Made by a program: the position numbers and the translations under genes | Notes under the pieces: model-generated | Database searches by the model: none | The model's input: the letters and a program-made list of their open reading frames with translations, nothing else | Told to the model about the DNA's origin: nothing | Part shown: positions 5,079-5,814 of the stretch, in pieces | How positions within the stretch are numbered: the first letter of the stretch is position 1 | Layout: every line of letters begins with the position of its first letter | Origin: a virus | Strand: one strand, 5' to 3' | Length of the DNA stretch: 5,814 nucleotides | IMG/VR virus record: IMGVR_UViG_3300045988_000128 | Location: 1 to 5,814 of that record

Positions 5079-5814
5079 GTTGTTACAAGCCACTAATTAG
5101 GCTGTACAATCCCGAAAACAAAGAAATAAGCGGGCGGGTGTATTCACTCGCCCGCTTTTCAGAATTATCGGGGAGACAGCTAAAATATGAAGATTTGATG
5201 TACAGAAAAGACATCATGTTGATACCATGCGGGCAATGTATAGGATGCAGAATCAGGCAACGTGAAGACTGGACAACACGCATAGAATTAGAAGCTAGAG
5301 ACTATCCGAAAGAAGAAGTATGGTTTATTACACTAACCTATGATGACGACCATGTACCGGGAATGATAGTTAAGACAGGCGAAATAATGCGAAAGGTACA
5401 ATACGTCTGGAAACCGGGTGAAGAGCGTCCTGAAAGCGTCCAAACGTTACTGTATACTGACGTTCAGAAGTTCTTAAAACGTCTCAGAAAGGCTTACAGG
5501 GGCAAATTACGCTATTTCGTAGCAGGAGAATACGGAGAGCAAACAGCAAGACCGCATTACCACATGATACTGTACGGATGGCAACCGACAGACCTAGAGA
5601 ACCTATACAAGATATACCACAACGGATACTATACAAGCAAATGGCTGGCAGAACTATGGGGCATGGGTCAAATACAGATAGCACAAGCAGTACCAGAAAC
5701 ATATAGATACGTTGCAGGGTATGTAACCAAAAAAATGTATGAAATAGACGGAAAGAAGGGAAATGAATATTATGAACTAGGACAGCAAAAACCGTTCGCT
5801 TGTATGAGCCTTAA
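5075..5814 (+). CDS. VP4: Replication initiation protein Rep (VP4-like, HUH endonuclease), N-terminal part. It is truncated by window linearisation and continues at 1..335.
   Basis: GTG 5075 lies 9 nt after AGGTGA (5060-5065), in a GTGA overlap with the VP2 stop (TGA 5076-5078). The in-frame stop at 5063-5065 excludes any earlier start. The translation is MSCYKPLIRLYNPENK...PCGQCIGCRIRQ...WFITLTYDD (motif 1)...ARPHYHMILYG (HUH motif 2)...YRYVAGYVTKK (catalytic Tyr motif 3). The alternative ATG 5198 would delete the conserved N-terminus. Confidence 0.9.
   Translation, partial: MSCYKPLIRLYNPENKEISGRVYSLARFSELSGRQLKYEDLMYRKDIMLIPCGQCIGCRIRQREDWTTRIELEARDYPKEEVWFITLTYDDDHVPGMIVKTGEIMRKVQYVWKPGEERPESVQTLLYTDVQKFLKRLRKAYRGKLRYFVAGEYGEQTARPHYHMILYGWQPTDLENLYKIYHNGYYTSKWLAELWGMGQIQIAQAVPETYRYVAGYVTKKMYEIDGKKGNEYYELGQQKPFACMSL
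5760..5814. repeat. Direct terminal repeat copy 2 (identical to 1..55).
   Basis: Exact 55-nt identity with the window start, verified base by base. Confidence 0.95.

Overview
The window is a complete circular Microviridae (gokushovirus-like ssDNA phage) genome of about 5,759 bp, linearised inside the replication-initiator gene. Bases 1..55 are repeated exactly at 5760..5814, which is the signature of a circular contig. All credible genes are on the + strand and most have strong Shine-Dalgarno sites (AAGGAGG-type). In order they are: (1) the Rep C-terminus at 1..335; (2) a 428-bp intergenic region with a hairpin, about nine TTGAAA-type iterons including three perfect tandem CTGTTGAAA copies, a GC-rich repeat/hairpin block and a perfect-consensus sigma70-type promoter (TTGACA-17-TATAAT); (3) a 61-aa Cys4 zinc-ribbon protein; (4) a peptidase M15 (M15_3-type) endolysin-like protein with an intact Zn-binding motif; (5) three small hypothetical proteins (34, 74 and 79 aa) and a 40-aa Arg/Lys-rich J/VP8-like DNA-binding protein; (6) a VP3-like internal scaffolding protein; (7) the 564-aa VP1 major capsid protein (GTG start); (8) a rho-independent terminator hairpin; (9) the VP2 minor capsid/DNA pilot protein; and (10) the Rep (VP4) N-terminal part at 5075..5814, which starts on GTG in a GTGA overlap with the VP2 stop and runs across the circular junction into 1..335. 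Minus-strand ORFs look spurious. The strong SD usage and sigma-A consensus promoter point to a Firmicutes-like (non-Bacteroidetes) host, which is inference. The most interesting unexplained structure is the iteron array plus GC-rich block in the Rep-proximal intergenic region, which is a candidate origin or regulatory hub. Accessory genes (zinc-ribbon protein, M15 peptidase) sit in a position where gokushoviruses normally carry few or no genes.
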